Shown piece after piece: positions 1 to 9,705 of a DNA stretch of 52,542 nt; position 1 is the stretch's first letter; each line of letters starts with the position of its first letter. Origin of the DNA: an uncultured Gammaproteobacteria bacterium (GTDB taxonomy: Bacteria > Patescibacteriota > Patescibacteriia > JACQRZ01); NCBI GenBank assembly GCA_964621085.1, contig CAZUKY010000006.1:1-52542 (forward strand), given 5' to 3'. Below the pieces are notes generated by a model. It ran no database searches. It saw only the letters and a program-made list of their open reading frames with translations, and was not told the origin of the DNA. The position numbers were made by a program, and so were the translations under genes.

Positions 1-1001
1 ACGGAGATGGGAGTGAGGAGATCGCCGCCGCGCCGCTCTCTGACGGCGGGCCGCACGTTCGGATTTTTGATGGGTACGGTCGTCCGCTGACACCGGGATT
101 TTTTGCCGAGAGTCGTGACTATCGGGGAGCGATGCGCATCGTGGCAGTGCGGCGCGAACCTGCGCGCTGGGCAATCGCCGCTGTTACCAAACGGGATGGG
201 TATCTGCTCTCGCTCTTTGACGGCGAGGGCCGCCTCGTGTCCCGATCCGATCTTGCCCCCACTATCAAAAAGCTGTCCGCCATATCGAGGATTGATCTGG
301 GCGGCGATGGAACCGACGAGGTCGCTCTGGCGGGAGTTGGAGACGATGGAAAGAGTCGCGTATGGATTTTTCGGCTCGATGGCTCGCTCATCAACAGTTT
401 CGATATGGGCACGGATGAGGCGCTCTTCCTTTCTCCCATGCAAAAAAGCGCGGGCGCAGGACACGATCTTGCGGTGAGTCTGGGCGGAAGAGGGATGGTT
501 GTTTTTGACGGTTTTGGAAAACGCCTCCGCGGATCGGAGCCGGCCACATCGCCACACATCGGCCTTGCGGTGATGCGGCGAGGCGCAGAGGAACTTCTTT
601 CATTGCCGCAGCGTGTTCGCACCCTTGACCGCGAGGGAAAGGCGATTGTTATTCGGCGCGATACGCAACAGTTATCGTACTACGAGGACGGATACCGTGT
701 CGGCACATTTGTCGTCTCTACCGGACGACTTGGTGCGCAAACGCCGAAAGGCGAGTACGCGATCAATAACAAGTCGCCGCGCGCATATTCCGCTCGGGCG
801 GGCTTGTACATGCCATACTGGATGAGCTTTATCGGCGGCGTCTATGGTATTCACGAACTTCCTGAGTGGCCAAACGGCTATAAGGAAGGCGAGAATCATC
901 TCGGCATCCCCGTCTCGGCGGGATGCGTCCGTCTGGGAAGAGGCGACGCGCAAACATTGTACGAGTGGGCCGAGGTCGGGACTGCCGTGATCATCCTGTG
1001 A
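1..1001 (+). CDS. L,D-transpeptidase (YkuD domain) with N-terminal FG-GAP/VCBS-like repeats; 5' end cut by window edge
   Basis: Frame is open from nt 3 (GDGSEEIAAAP...), so the ATG at 132 is internal. DLGGDGTDEVALAGVGDDGKSRVWIF-type repeats. C-terminal YkuD signature HLGIPVSAGCVRL (H...SxGC[VI]R). Confidence 0.85.
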   Translation, partial: GDGSEEIAAAPLSDGGPHVRIFDGYGRPLTPGFFAESRDYRGAMRIVAVRREPARWAIAAVTKRDGYLLSLFDGEGRLVSRSDLAPTIKKLSAISRIDLGGDGTDEVALAGVGDDGKSRVWIFRLDGSLINSFDMGTDEALFLSPMQKSAGAGHDLAVSLGGRGMVVFDGFGKRLRGSEPATSPHIGLAVMRRGAEELLSLPQRVRTLDREGKAIVIRRDTQQLSYYEDGYRVGTFVVSTGRLGAQTPKGEYAINNKSPRAYSARAGLYMPYWMSFIGGVYGIHELPEWPNGYKEGENHLGIPVSAGCVRLGRGDAQTLYEWAEVGTAVIIL

Positions 1002-1024
1002 CGGACCGTCTGCGCGGAACGAGT

Positions 1025-1486
1025 ATGGGTCAGGCGAAGCACTCGTTGGATTGCCGGCCGGGAGCGACAATGGTCGAGCTGACGATCGCGTTTGCGCTCT
1101 TTTCCATGATCATGGCTATTCCTGCCGGTTTTACCCTTTCTTTATTTCAGCGCCATGCGCTCGAGCAAGAGACGGCTGCGTACCGTGCGCTGCTCTTGAG
1201 CGCACGGCGTCAGGCGCTCGCACAGGGGAGCGGCGGGCAGCCATTCGGCGTGCGAATTGAGAGCGATCGGTATGTTGTTTTCGTTGGGAGTGCTTATGAT
1301 ACTCGCGATCAGCTGCGCGATGTTATCATGCCGCGCGACGCATCTGTTCGCGTGACAGGCTTTGGCGACGTTGTCTTTTCGCCGGGTCATGCCGATGCGC
1401 GCACGGCAGGGAATATCCATTTCGAATCGGGTCCGCACGCATCTGCGCTTGCGGTTTCCTCGGCAGGCGCCATATGGACGCCATGA
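1025..1486 (+). CDS. Minor pseudopilin, GspH/FimT-like (prepilin-type N-terminal cleavage/methylation domain)
   Basis: ATG at 1025 in frame with track ORF 923..1486. N-terminus MGQAKHSLDCRPG/ATMVELTIAFALFSMIM matches G|xTxxE plus a hydrophobic helix. 13-nt overlap with the next gene. Confidence 0.7.
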   Translation: MGQAKHSLDCRPGATMVELTIAFALFSMIMAIPAGFTLSLFQRHALEQETAAYRALLLSARRQALAQGSGGQPFGVRIESDRYVVFVGSAYDTRDQLRDVIMPRDASVRVTGFGDVVFSPGHADARTAGNIHFESGPHASALAVSSAGAIWTP

Positions 1487-2898
1487 GCAAAAAATCCAGT
1501 CCGCGCCGCGGAGGGATTCTTCTTGAAGTTTTGATTGCGATGGCTACTTTTGCCGCGGTTGCGGTCTCTGTGCTCGCGTCAGTGGGCAATATACAAGAAG
1601 GCGCCGTGCGGCTTGCCGCGCATCGTGCGGCGTTCCGGGCTGCCGCAAACAATGCGGCACTACTGCATATCAAATCGTTGAATCCGTTTTTGTCCCTTCA
1701 GTCCGGCACGGTGCAGGAGGAGGCTGTTTCAGTGGCGCGAGCCGTTACGGATAGCGATCCGTTTACAAAGCTCGTTGCTGTTACAGGGACGCCAGCCGCG
1801 CCTGGTGGTATCGGCCAATCGGTCGAGACGATCGTCACGGATTGGGAGGCAGCAGAAGGAGGATCGGGGTGCGATCTGATACTCGACGGCGACTGGAGCG
1901 CGCCTGCCGTGCGCGGGGTTTTCCGTTTCGCCTCGCGACAGACGATTACCGGATTCGATGCCGTCGGAACCAATGCGTATGTCGCCGTCGACTCGCCCAT
2001 ACAGTCGGATCCTGATCTCTTTGTCGTCGATATCACGGATCCTGCGAATCCCGTCGAACGCGCACGGCTGCATACCGGTCCGGGTCTCTCGGGCATTCAT
2101 GTCGCATGGCCCTTCGCATACGTCGCGAATGCGAGCAGCGTTTCGCAGCTGCAGGTCGTTTCGATCGCAGATCCCGACAATCCGCGGTTGCATGCGGCCA
2201 TGAAACTTTCAGGCGTCATTTCGAGCGGCGGCGGGGGAGTCGGAAAGAGCATCTGGTACTCTCGCGGAAGAATTTTTCTCGGGCTCGCGCGGGCGAGAGG
2301 GCCGGAGTTCCATATCATCGATGTCTCTGATCCGTTGCGGCCGCTGCACCGCGGCTCGCTTGAGATAGACACGACTGTCAACGGTCTCTTCTCGATTGCT
2401 AATCGGGCGTACCTCGCAACGCCGCAGACCGGACAACTCCGCATTGCCGATATATCGGATACTGGCATTCCGGCAATTGGCGATATATTCAGTCCTCCCG
2501 ATGCCGCAACGCATAACGGCAAGAGTCTCTCGTTTGCAAACGGCACGCTCTTTTTCGGACGGAATGTCGGCATCGGAGGATACGGACGCCCGGACACGCG
2601 CCAAGTATTTGCCTTTCGTTCCGATGCGAGTTTTGGCGAACCGCTTTTTTCTCTTCACACAAACGCGTCCGTAAATGCAATGGTGGCCCGGCATCCGTAT
2701 CTCTTTCTTGCAACGAACGACGCCGGCGGCGAATTTCAAGTATGGGATGTGTCAGATACTGCCAATCCGCAGCGGCGAGCGATCGGAGACCTGCCCGGGA
2801 CGGCTGCGGCCCTCGAGTGCGAAGGGCAGACTGTTTTGGTTGCCTCGAATGATACTGCGGGCACCGGTACTCTTTCGCTTATACGCGCAGAGCAATGA
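1474..2898 (+). CDS. Pseudopilin-like N-terminus fused to an LVIVD-repeat beta-propeller (candidate pilus-associated adhesin)
   Basis: N-terminus PRRGG/ILLEVLIAMATFAAVAV. At least 6 LVIVD-type blades, e.g. AYVAVDS..DLFVVDITDPANP, AYVANAS..LQVVSIADPDNP, EFHIIDVSDPLRP, LRIADISDTGIP, EFQVWDVSDTANP. ATGA start/stop overlap with the next gene. Confidence 0.75.
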   Translation: MDAMSKKSSPRRGGILLEVLIAMATFAAVAVSVLASVGNIQEGAVRLAAHRAAFRAAANNAALLHIKSLNPFLSLQSGTVQEEAVSVARAVTDSDPFTKLVAVTGTPAAPGGIGQSVETIVTDWEAAEGGSGCDLILDGDWSAPAVRGVFRFASRQTITGFDAVGTNAYVAVDSPIQSDPDLFVVDITDPANPVERARLHTGPGLSGIHVAWPFAYVANASSVSQLQVVSIADPDNPRLHAAMKLSGVISSGGGGVGKSIWYSRGRIFLGLARARGPEFHIIDVSDPLRPLHRGSLEIDTTVNGLFSIANRAYLATPQTGQLRIADISDTGIPAIGDIFSPPDAATHNGKSLSFANGTLFFGRNVGIGGYGRPDTRQVFAFRSDASFGEPLFSLHTNASVNAMVARHPYLFLATNDAGGEFQVWDVSDTANPQRRAIGDLPGTAAALECEGQTVLVASNDTAGTGTLSLIRAEQ

Positions 2899-3356
2899 AG
2901 CGGTCCGGATTCACGCTTGTGGAAGTATCGCTATTTTCCGCTTTGTTCGGCGCGCTTGCGGTAACGCTCTTCAGCGTTGCGCTCACATTCGAGTCGATCC
3001 GCGCACAGGTGTCTCTTCATGATGAGGCGGAGAGCGAGGGAGAGTTCGTGTTCGAAAAGATCGGGAGGTTTATCGATGGAAGTGCATCGATAGATGCTCC
3101 CGCGTCGGGTGAAGAGTCGGATATGCTCCGTCTTCACCTTCGTGGCGAAAACGGCGCTGAACCCGCCGCGGTTTTTTTGGAAAACAGCGTTCTTTATCTG
3201 GAGCGCGCAGGGGAGCGCATACGGCTTTCTGGCAATGCGCCGATCCGATCATTTTCCGTGCGCCATCAGTCGCCCCAAGAAGATGTCTCCATTATTGAAG
3301 TGTTTATTTTGGTCAGCGGTGAAACGATTTCTCAAACCTATGTCTGGTATCGCTAA
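2895..3356 (+). CDS. Prepilin-type N-terminal cleavage/methylation domain protein (minor pilin)
   Basis: MKRSG/FTLVEVSLFSALFGALAV is a canonical G|FTLxE prepilin motif. Translationally coupled on both sides. Confidence 0.75.
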   Translation: MKRSGFTLVEVSLFSALFGALAVTLFSVALTFESIRAQVSLHDEAESEGEFVFEKIGRFIDGSASIDAPASGEESDMLRLHLRGENGAEPAAVFLENSVLYLERAGERIRLSGNAPIRSFSVRHQSPQEDVSIIEVFILVSGETISQTYVWYR

Positions 3357-3753
3357 GACGCACAATCGGTCGCGGAGTGCTGCCCCGGGGTTTGCTGCGC
3401 TTATTTCCGTTCTCCTCGTCGCATCGGCATTGATTTCCGGCATGGCGGGACTCAGCATGCTTGCATGGGAGCATGCGCGGCAGACAGAGACGATTATGAA
3501 CGCTCATCTTCGGCGCGCGTCGGCGCGCGCGTGCGCCGAATATGCGCTTGTCCGTCTGCGCATTGATCCTGCCTTTGACCGCGCACTTTCTCTTCCGATA
3601 AACGGGGGGTCGTGCTCGATCGATCGCATCGATCGCGGGAATGGAATGATGCGAATGATCCGTACGGCAGGACGCGATAAGGATGGCGTTGCAGTACTTG
3701 TGACAGAGTTTGATATCGCCGCTAAAAAAATCATTCGGCAGCATGAGGAATGA
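3340..3753 (+). CDS. PilX/GspK-like minor pilin (no Glu5)
   Basis: In-frame ATG at 3340 inside track ORF 3094..3753. AAPGFAALISVLLVASALISG resembles GspK/PilX N-termini, which lack the conserved Glu. 17-nt overlap with the upstream gene. Confidence 0.6.
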   Translation: MSGIAKTHNRSRSAAPGFAALISVLLVASALISGMAGLSMLAWEHARQTETIMNAHLRRASARACAEYALVRLRIDPAFDRALSLPINGGSCSIDRIDRGNGMMRMIRTAGRDKDGVAVLVTEFDIAAKKIIRQHEE

Positions 3754-3819
3754 CTCCGACATGGCATGAGATGAATCTGTTTTCTGATCCGACGCCCGCG
3801 TGATATACTCAAGTGATAC

Positions 3820-4302
3820 ATGATTCCCACTCCAATGAAGCTTCAAAGAGTGCGATACGCATTTACCTTGATCGAAATCGTCATTGCCGTCGGCATATTG
3901 GCGCTGATTGCCGGCGCTGTCATCGCGGCTATTAATCCGTCCCGCCAGTTCGCTCAAGCCCGCAATACGCAGCGGATCGGCAACATCACCGCAATCGCGA
4001 GCGCGATCGGGAATCGCATGGCGGAGCAAAGAGGCGTTTTCGAGAAAAATTGCGCAGCCGGCGCAATTCCGACGACGGAAAAAAAGATAGCGAGCGGTAC
4101 GGGGAATTACGACATTGCCGAGTGTCTCGTTCCAACCTATCTGCCGTCACTGCCCATTGACCCATCCGCCGCGGAAGCGCATTACACTTCAAATGCTGAT
4201 TACAATACCGGCTATACGGTCGTGCGCGATGCGGCAAGCGGCCGAATTACGCTCCGCGCTCCAAGCGCAGAGTTGGCAGAGATGATTTCCGTAACCCGCT
4301 GA
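3820..4302 (+). CDS. Type IV pilin / T2SS GspG-like major pilin candidate
   Basis: RVRYAFTLIEIVIAVGILALIAGAVIAAINP matches the prepilin helix with Glu5. C-terminal Cys pair (CAAG...AECL). Separated from the upstream genes by a 66-nt gap. The ATG at 3835 is an alternative start. Confidence 0.8.
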   Translation: MIPTPMKLQRVRYAFTLIEIVIAVGILALIAGAVIAAINPSRQFAQARNTQRIGNITAIASAIGNRMAEQRGVFEKNCAAGAIPTTEKKIASGTGNYDIAECLVPTYLPSLPIDPSAAEAHYTSNADYNTGYTVVRDAASGRITLRAPSAELAEMISVTR

Positions 4303-4444
4303 TTGGCGCGTGCCAAGAGATCGTAAGGGCATTCGGATCTGCGCGTCACTGGATAGCAAAGGGGCGTTTCGGGCGACCCGCTGCGAGGCAGAGGGTTGTT
4401 CTCCTACGCCGTTTTCACGCGTCTTTGTTTGTAGCGCTTATCGT

Positions 4445-5143
4445 ATGCCGCAATATTTTGAGGACTGGACGCAAGCCTTGGCTGCCTCGCTCCAGGACCT
4501 GTGGTTCCGATTTGTCCAATTCATTCCCGACCTCGTCGGATCGCTTGCGATACTCATCATCGGACTGATTATCGCATGGGCATTGTCAGCATTAACGAAG
4601 CGGCTCGTGCGTCTGGCGCGCATCGATGATTTGCTCAGCCGTTTTGGGGTGAAAAAAAATCTTGCGCGATATGGCATTCAGCTTGATGTTGCCGCTCTCC
4701 TCGGCTGGTTTGCGCGATGGTTTGTCATCATCGGGACCCTGATCGCGGTCGCCGACGCCTTGCGCGTTCCTCAGATTTCAGAGTTTTTGAGCGCGATCGC
4801 CCTCTATATTCCGAATGTCATCGCCGCCGTCGTCATACTGGGAATCGGTATTATTGCGGCCGCTTCTTTGCGCGAATGGATCACGCGCGCTGCTCAAGCG
4901 AGTCCCGGACGCATTGAAAGTCCGGGTTTGCTCGGCGCTGTCGCGCACTGGGCGGTTGCCGTTTTCGCATTGCTTGCTGCGCTTGCACAGTTAGGGATCG
5001 CCCGGGAACTCATTCAAATCCTTCTGTTCGGACTTGTCGCAATGATCGCCTTGGCCGGGGGCATTTCCTTTGGACTTGCCGGCCGCGACTTTGCGCATCG
5101 TGCGCTCGAAAGGATCACGACCCAAACCGGCAGGCGCCAATAG
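4445..5143 (+). CDS. Membrane protein with conserved-TM-helix repeats (mechanosensitive-channel-associated type)
   Basis: In-frame ATG at 4445 (MPQYFEDW...). Repeated IPxxxxAxxILxIGxIxA-type helices. The N-terminal 45 codons of the track ORF look non-coding. Confidence 0.6.
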   Translation: MPQYFEDWTQALAASLQDLWFRFVQFIPDLVGSLAILIIGLIIAWALSALTKRLVRLARIDDLLSRFGVKKNLARYGIQLDVAALLGWFARWFVIIGTLIAVADALRVPQISEFLSAIALYIPNVIAAVVILGIGIIAAASLREWITRAAQASPGRIESPGLLGAVAHWAVAVFALLAALAQLGIARELIQILLFGLVAMIALAGGISFGLAGRDFAHRALERITTQTGRRQ

Positions 5144-5148
5144 GCGTC

Positions 5149-6846
5149 TTATAAATGCTCGACAGGAAGGCCAAGCGCGATTTCCGCTTCTTGCTCATTG
5201 CGAAGTTTGCGGAGATTGCGCTTTGTCATGTGGCCGTTTTCCAGCAGCGTCGCAATCCAGCCTCCGCCCAAAAGATGGGGTGTCATGACATAGTCCGCGC
5301 CGGCAGCATAGAGCGCATGCAAGTATTTCGCTTCCGGTGCGTTTGCGATGATAAAGGCCGAACTATTGCATTCGCGTATTGCGCGCATCATCGTCAGCTG
5401 CCCTTCGACGTCCGGAATCGTCGATATGACGATTTTGGCGTTCGCGATCCCGACTTCTGAGAGAAATTCGGCATCATTAACATCGCCGTAAAAAGCAGGA
5501 ATGCCATCTGCGGACAGACGGGAAACGGCGGTCGGATCGAAGTCGATGACGGCAAAGGACGCGCCTTGTTTTTTGAGCGAGGCGCATATTTTCCATCCGA
5601 TTCGATGGTAGCCGACAACCCACACGCGATACTCGCGTTTGCGGTCTTCCGGCTGGCAGTACCGTTCCTTTCTTCCGAAAGAGAGGAGGGGTTCGATCGC
5701 GTCAAAGATGCGTTCGCTGTAGGTGATGAGATAGGAAGATGAGAAAATGGTGCCGATGGCAACGATGGTGAAGACCGCCAGTTCGTGTTCTCCGACACGG
5801 TCCATTCCATGCCCCATACTCATGAGCACGAAGCCGAATTCGCTGACTTGGGCCGCGGTAAGTCCCGCGAGGAAGCTGTTGCGCCGCGTGAACTTCATGG
5901 CCCGGAAAATGAGGTAGAGGATAACGGGATTTCCGATCAGGATGAAGAGCGAGAGGATGATGCCGGGAAGGAGCGCTGCCTCGATATTGGAGGCATTCAT
6001 CTGGCTGCCGAGAATGATAAAAAAAAGAACGAGGAAAAAATCGCGGAGCGGCTTTATGCGACCGATGATTTGCGGCTGATAGGGCGATGATCCGAGCGAC
6101 AGTCCCGCCGCAACCGCCCCGATCTCCAGCGAAAAGCCGATCGCGTGCGCGAGCGCCGTAATGCCAAAGCACCAGGCGAGCGAGAAGATGAAGAGAAATT
6201 CGTTTGAACGCGCAATCCGATCCAAGAGCGTGGGGAGGAGGAATCGGGCCAGAAGCATCGTCGATGCGATCAGCAACGCACCCTTTATAAAAAAGGCAGC
6301 TACGCCTGCCGCAAACGAGTCGCCGGTCTGGCTCGTCGCAAGGAACATGAGTATGACAACCGCAACAATGTCTTGCACGAGCATCAGTCCGATCGTGTGG
6401 CGTCCGTAGAGGGATTCCGTATGACGCTTTTCGCTGAGGAGTTTTGTAATGATGATGGTGCTGGAAAAGGTGATTGCAATGGCAAGGTAGAGCGAACTTT
6501 CGAGTGAAAAGTTGAGCGCAAGAAGTATGCCGACGCCAAGTGTTGCGGTAAATATCACCTGGCCCAGACCGGCTGCGAGCGCGATTTTGCCGATGCGTTT
6601 GAGATAAGTGAAGTTGAGACTGAGTCCTATGACAAAGAGAAGAAGAATAATGCCGAGGTGTGCGAAAATGTCGAAGAGCTCCTTGTCGTGCGCAAAGAGA
6701 TCCAGCGCGAGCGGCCCGGCAAAAAGTCCCGTCAGAATGTAGGCGATCATGAGCGGCTGGCGCAGGAATTTCGCCACAAGACAAAAAACGACGGCCAAGC
6801 CAAGCAGAATGCCGATGCGTGAAATAATTTCAGCGACAAGATCCAT
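5149..6846 (-). CDS. Cation:proton antiporter (CPA2/Kef-type) with C-terminal TrkA-N/RCK domain
   Basis: 565 aa. About 12 TM helices typical of Na/H-exchanger-family proteins, then a Rossmann-like segment VWVVGYHRIGWKICASLKKQGASFAVIDFD. Confidence 0.85.
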   Translation of the reverse strand: MDLVAEIISRIGILLGLAVVFCLVAKFLRQPLMIAYILTGLFAGPLALDLFAHDKELFDIFAHLGIILLLFVIGLSLNFTYLKRIGKIALAAGLGQVIFTATLGVGILLALNFSLESSLYLAIAITFSSTIIITKLLSEKRHTESLYGRHTIGLMLVQDIVAVVILMFLATSQTGDSFAAGVAAFFIKGALLIASTMLLARFLLPTLLDRIARSNEFLFIFSLAWCFGITALAHAIGFSLEIGAVAAGLSLGSSPYQPQIIGRIKPLRDFFLVLFFIILGSQMNASNIEAALLPGIILSLFILIGNPVILYLIFRAMKFTRRNSFLAGLTAAQVSEFGFVLMSMGHGMDRVGEHELAVFTIVAIGTIFSSSYLITYSERIFDAIEPLLSFGRKERYCQPEDRKREYRVWVVGYHRIGWKICASLKKQGASFAVIDFDPTAVSRLSADGIPAFYGDVNDAEFLSEVGIANAKIVISTIPDVEGQLTMMRAIRECNSSAFIIANAPEAKYLHALYAAGADYVMTPHLLGGGWIATLLENGHMTKRNLRKLRNEQEAEIALGLPVEHL

Positions 6847-6981
6847 GACACTGTCTCAAGCAAATAAAAAACTAATCTCTAGTATAGCATTTTGAGAAAA
6901 AAATCTCTTTGTTGACAGTCGTTTTTTTGTGCAGTAGGGTAGGCGGACGGGTTTTCTCAGCAGTGCACTGAAGGAGGGAGA

Positions 6982-7593
6982 ATGAGGTTTGGCATTCTGA
7001 TGGTTTGGTGCCTTGCCGCCATTCAAACCGGTCCGGCGCATGCACGCGGCATAATGACGCTCTGCGACGATCCGGAGCGTCTCGACTTTGTCCAGTTAGT
7101 TTCCATGCCGGGACTCCAGGTGGACGTGCGCGCTCGGACGGACTTCTTGCGCCAGGATGCGGCATTCGCACTTATGAGTGCTAGCGAGTTGGCGCAGCGC
7201 GACGGGTATACGATTATTATTCAATCGGCATGCCGCTCGTCGCGGCGACAGATACAGTTGGCGCGTATGTATCCAAGCAGCGTCGGCACAACGATCGCAC
7301 GGCCGGGACGCTCGCGTCATGGCCATGGCATCGCGGTTGATGCCACGCTCGGTGACGCACATGGGCGGGATCTGATCGGGCTGAATATGAACTCGCATGG
7401 CCAGTGCGGCCTGCCGCCCGCCAAGATGCGCTTCGTCGCGAGGCTCTCGCGATATTTTTTCGCCGCCGGGTGGAAACGGCTCGTCAATGAGTCCTGGCAC
7501 TTCGAGTATGGGACCAATGACTGGCGTGTCGCCAAGTGCAGTGGCTATGCAAGTCTGTGTGGCAAGACCGGTCCGAACGACTGCACGAAGTAA
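6982..7593 (+). CDS. Peptidase M15 (VanY-like D-alanyl-D-alanine carboxypeptidase), secreted
   Basis: Signal-like N-terminus. Motifs SACRSSRRQ, SRHGHGIAVD (HxxxxxxD) and ESWHFEY. GAAGGAGGG Shine-Dalgarno upstream. Confidence 0.8.
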   Translation: MRFGILMVWCLAAIQTGPAHARGIMTLCDDPERLDFVQLVSMPGLQVDVRARTDFLRQDAAFALMSASELAQRDGYTIIIQSACRSSRRQIQLARMYPSSVGTTIARPGRSRHGHGIAVDATLGDAHGRDLIGLNMNSHGQCGLPPAKMRFVARLSRYFFAAGWKRLVNESWHFEYGTNDWRVAKCSGYASLCGKTGPNDCTK

Positions 7594-7643
7594 GCGCTCA
7601 AAAACATGCAAGCCGTCCTCGTACCGAGGCGGCTTTTGTTCTT

Positions 7644-8450
7644 TTAATCAGTCTCTTTTTCTCTTTTTAGGGCTTCGTATTCCGAACGTGCGGCAATGTG
7701 GAGAAACCATCCGAGCAGCATGAGCCATATCCCGCCGACAAGACCGCTCCCCACAAGCGGCACACGAAAGCCGAGCATCATGGCAATGCCGCTGCCGATC
7801 AGAAGAAGCGCAAACGCCTGTCCGAGCATTGATGCGACGAAGGTCGCTTTTTTCAGGTCGCCAAGAAGAGCCCATGTCGCCGCGTGAAAGATGCGACCGC
7901 CGTCAAGCGGATAGGCCGGCACGAGATTAAAGGCGCCGATAAGCAGATTGACGCTCCCGATCCAGAGGGATCCGAGCGCGAGGGGCGAAAGGCGCGCGAG
8001 CGCACTTTTTGTCTCAGCTTCCAAAGAGATGTCGGGAGCAAGAAGCGCGGTGAGCAGAAGAAAGCCAGCGCCTAAGGCTGCGCTTGTCGCCGGGCCGGCG
8101 CTCGCTATAAGGAATTCGGCCCCCGGCCGTTGGGGGCGCCGATCCAGATTCGCAATACCGCCCAACAGGAAGAGCGTGATGCTTTTTACGGAAATTCCGC
8201 GCGATCGGGCGACGAGTGAGTGCGCGAGCTCATGAAGAAGGAGTGATGCGAAGAACGCGAGCGTCACTCCAAAGCCGAGTATCCAGTAGATTGGACTGTC
8301 CAGGTTGGGTCGAAGGGCAGGGAAGACACCAGCTGATACGTGGAAAAGGATGAGTGTAAAAATAACCAGCCAGCTGGAATGGATCCGGATTTCTATTCCA
8401 AAAAGACTGCCGATGCGAAGGCCGTCTGCCAGAGCGGGAGTCGAGGACAT
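7644..8450 (-). CDS. Site-2 protease family zinc metalloprotease (peptidase M50)
   Basis: HELAHSLVA (HExxH) inside a TM helix and NLVPAYPLDGGRI (NxxPxxxLDG). Polytopic membrane protein. Confidence 0.85.
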   Translation of the reverse strand: MSSTPALADGLRIGSLFGIEIRIHSSWLVIFTLILFHVSAGVFPALRPNLDSPIYWILGFGVTLAFFASLLLHELAHSLVARSRGISVKSITLFLLGGIANLDRRPQRPGAEFLIASAGPATSAALGAGFLLLTALLAPDISLEAETKSALARLSPLALGSLWIGSVNLLIGAFNLVPAYPLDGGRIFHAATWALLGDLKKATFVASMLGQAFALLLIGSGIAMMLGFRVPLVGSGLVGGIWLMLLGWFLHIAARSEYEALKREKETD

Positions 8451-8508
8451 ACAGGGTATATGACGGATCGGGGCAGATGTCCTTATTCCTGTGCTACAAT
8501 ATCTCCAT

Positions 8509-9684
8509 ATGAAAAACGAATATCATGCCGCGCGCTTTCGCGCGGTCAAAATGGCCGCATACTTTCTTCTTTTCGCTCATGCGTGTATCGCCGGCGCAGT
8601 GCCCGTATCGGCGGATGAGCATAACAGGCAAGTACCCTATAGGGAGTTTCCGCCCGATACGTATGCGACGGGCCGTATTATAAAAGTTCTTGACACAAGC
8701 GATCCGGACTATATCGAGTCAAGCGAGATCATTCAGAAAGTCCGTGTGGAAATTTTGCGCGGAGAAGAGAAGGGAAAGCAGGTTGCGGCCGAGAGTGCGA
8801 TCGCCACAAATGGAGCGGTTTCCGAACCCCTCGCGCCGGGACAGACCGTCGTGATCGCAAAAACATATGGTGTTGATGGGTGGCGCTACTATGTCACGGA
8901 TGTGTACCGGGTTCCCGGTCTCGCCCTTATTGGGTTGATTTTTTTTGCGCTGGTCATCGCCTTGGGGAGAAAAAAGGGCGTTACCGCCCTGATCGGTTTG
9001 GCGTTTTCCGTCGGATTACTTGCCTTCTATGTGGTGCCGCGAATCATGGCAGGAGATGACCCGCTCCTTGTCAGCCTTCTCGGATCGCTTGCCATTATTT
9101 TTTTCTCGCTGTACATGGCGCACGGTTTCTCGCCGCGGACCACGATTGCGGTTGTCAGTTCCTTGATCACGCTTACGCTGTCCGTCCTGTGCGCAGTGTT
9201 ATTCGTGAAGGTCGCCGCTCTTTTCGGAACGGGCAGCGAGGATGCGCTTTTTTTGCAGCTTGATCCGACACAGGCGATCAATCTGCGCGGGCTGCTGTTG
9301 GGCGGTATTATTATCGGCACGCTCGGCGTTCTTGATGATGTGACGGTCAGCCAATCCGCCGCAGTCGACGAGCTATCCAAGGCGAATCCAAAGCTCTCCG
9401 TACGCGAGTTGTATCGGCACGGGATCTCGGTTGGCAGGGAGCATATCGCATCGCTGGTCAATACGCTTGCGCTGGCCTATGCCGGTGCAAGTCTGCCGCT
9501 CTTTCTGCTCTTCATACTGAATAACGACTCCCAACCGTTCTGGGTGGTTATGAACGGGCAGGCAATCGCCGAAGAAGTCGTCCGTACCCTGGTAGGAAGT
9601 GTTGCGTTGATTCTTGCCGTTCCCATATCGACATATTTGGCCGCACGGCACTTTGCGCGAAGGGCGGCAGCTGGTCTGAAATGA
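8509..9684 (+). CDS. YibE/F-like integral membrane protein
   Basis: N-terminal signal/ectodomain, then 6-7 TM helices with the GVLDDVTVSQSAAV and REHIASLVNTLALAYAGASLPL segments typical of YibE/F. ATG at 8509 preferred over the GTG at 8491. Confidence 0.75.
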   Translation: MKNEYHAARFRAVKMAAYFLLFAHACIAGAVPVSADEHNRQVPYREFPPDTYATGRIIKVLDTSDPDYIESSEIIQKVRVEILRGEEKGKQVAAESAIATNGAVSEPLAPGQTVVIAKTYGVDGWRYYVTDVYRVPGLALIGLIFFALVIALGRKKGVTALIGLAFSVGLLAFYVVPRIMAGDDPLLVSLLGSLAIIFFSLYMAHGFSPRTTIAVVSSLITLTLSVLCAVLFVKVAALFGTGSEDALFLQLDPTQAINLRGLLLGGIIIGTLGVLDDVTVSQSAAVDELSKANPKLSVRELYRHGISVGREHIASLVNTLALAYAGASLPLFLLFILNNDSQPFWVVMNGQAIAEEVVRTLVGSVALILAVPISTYLAARHFARRAAAGLK

Positions 9685-9705
9685 GTGAGATAGGGGACAT
9701 GTTTC

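Noticed and set aside
5702-6784. 360-aa alternative-frame ORF inside the Kef-type antiporter gene
   Set aside because: It is on the same strand but off-frame and extremely R/H/P-rich. The 565-aa frame has the full transporter and RCK architecture.
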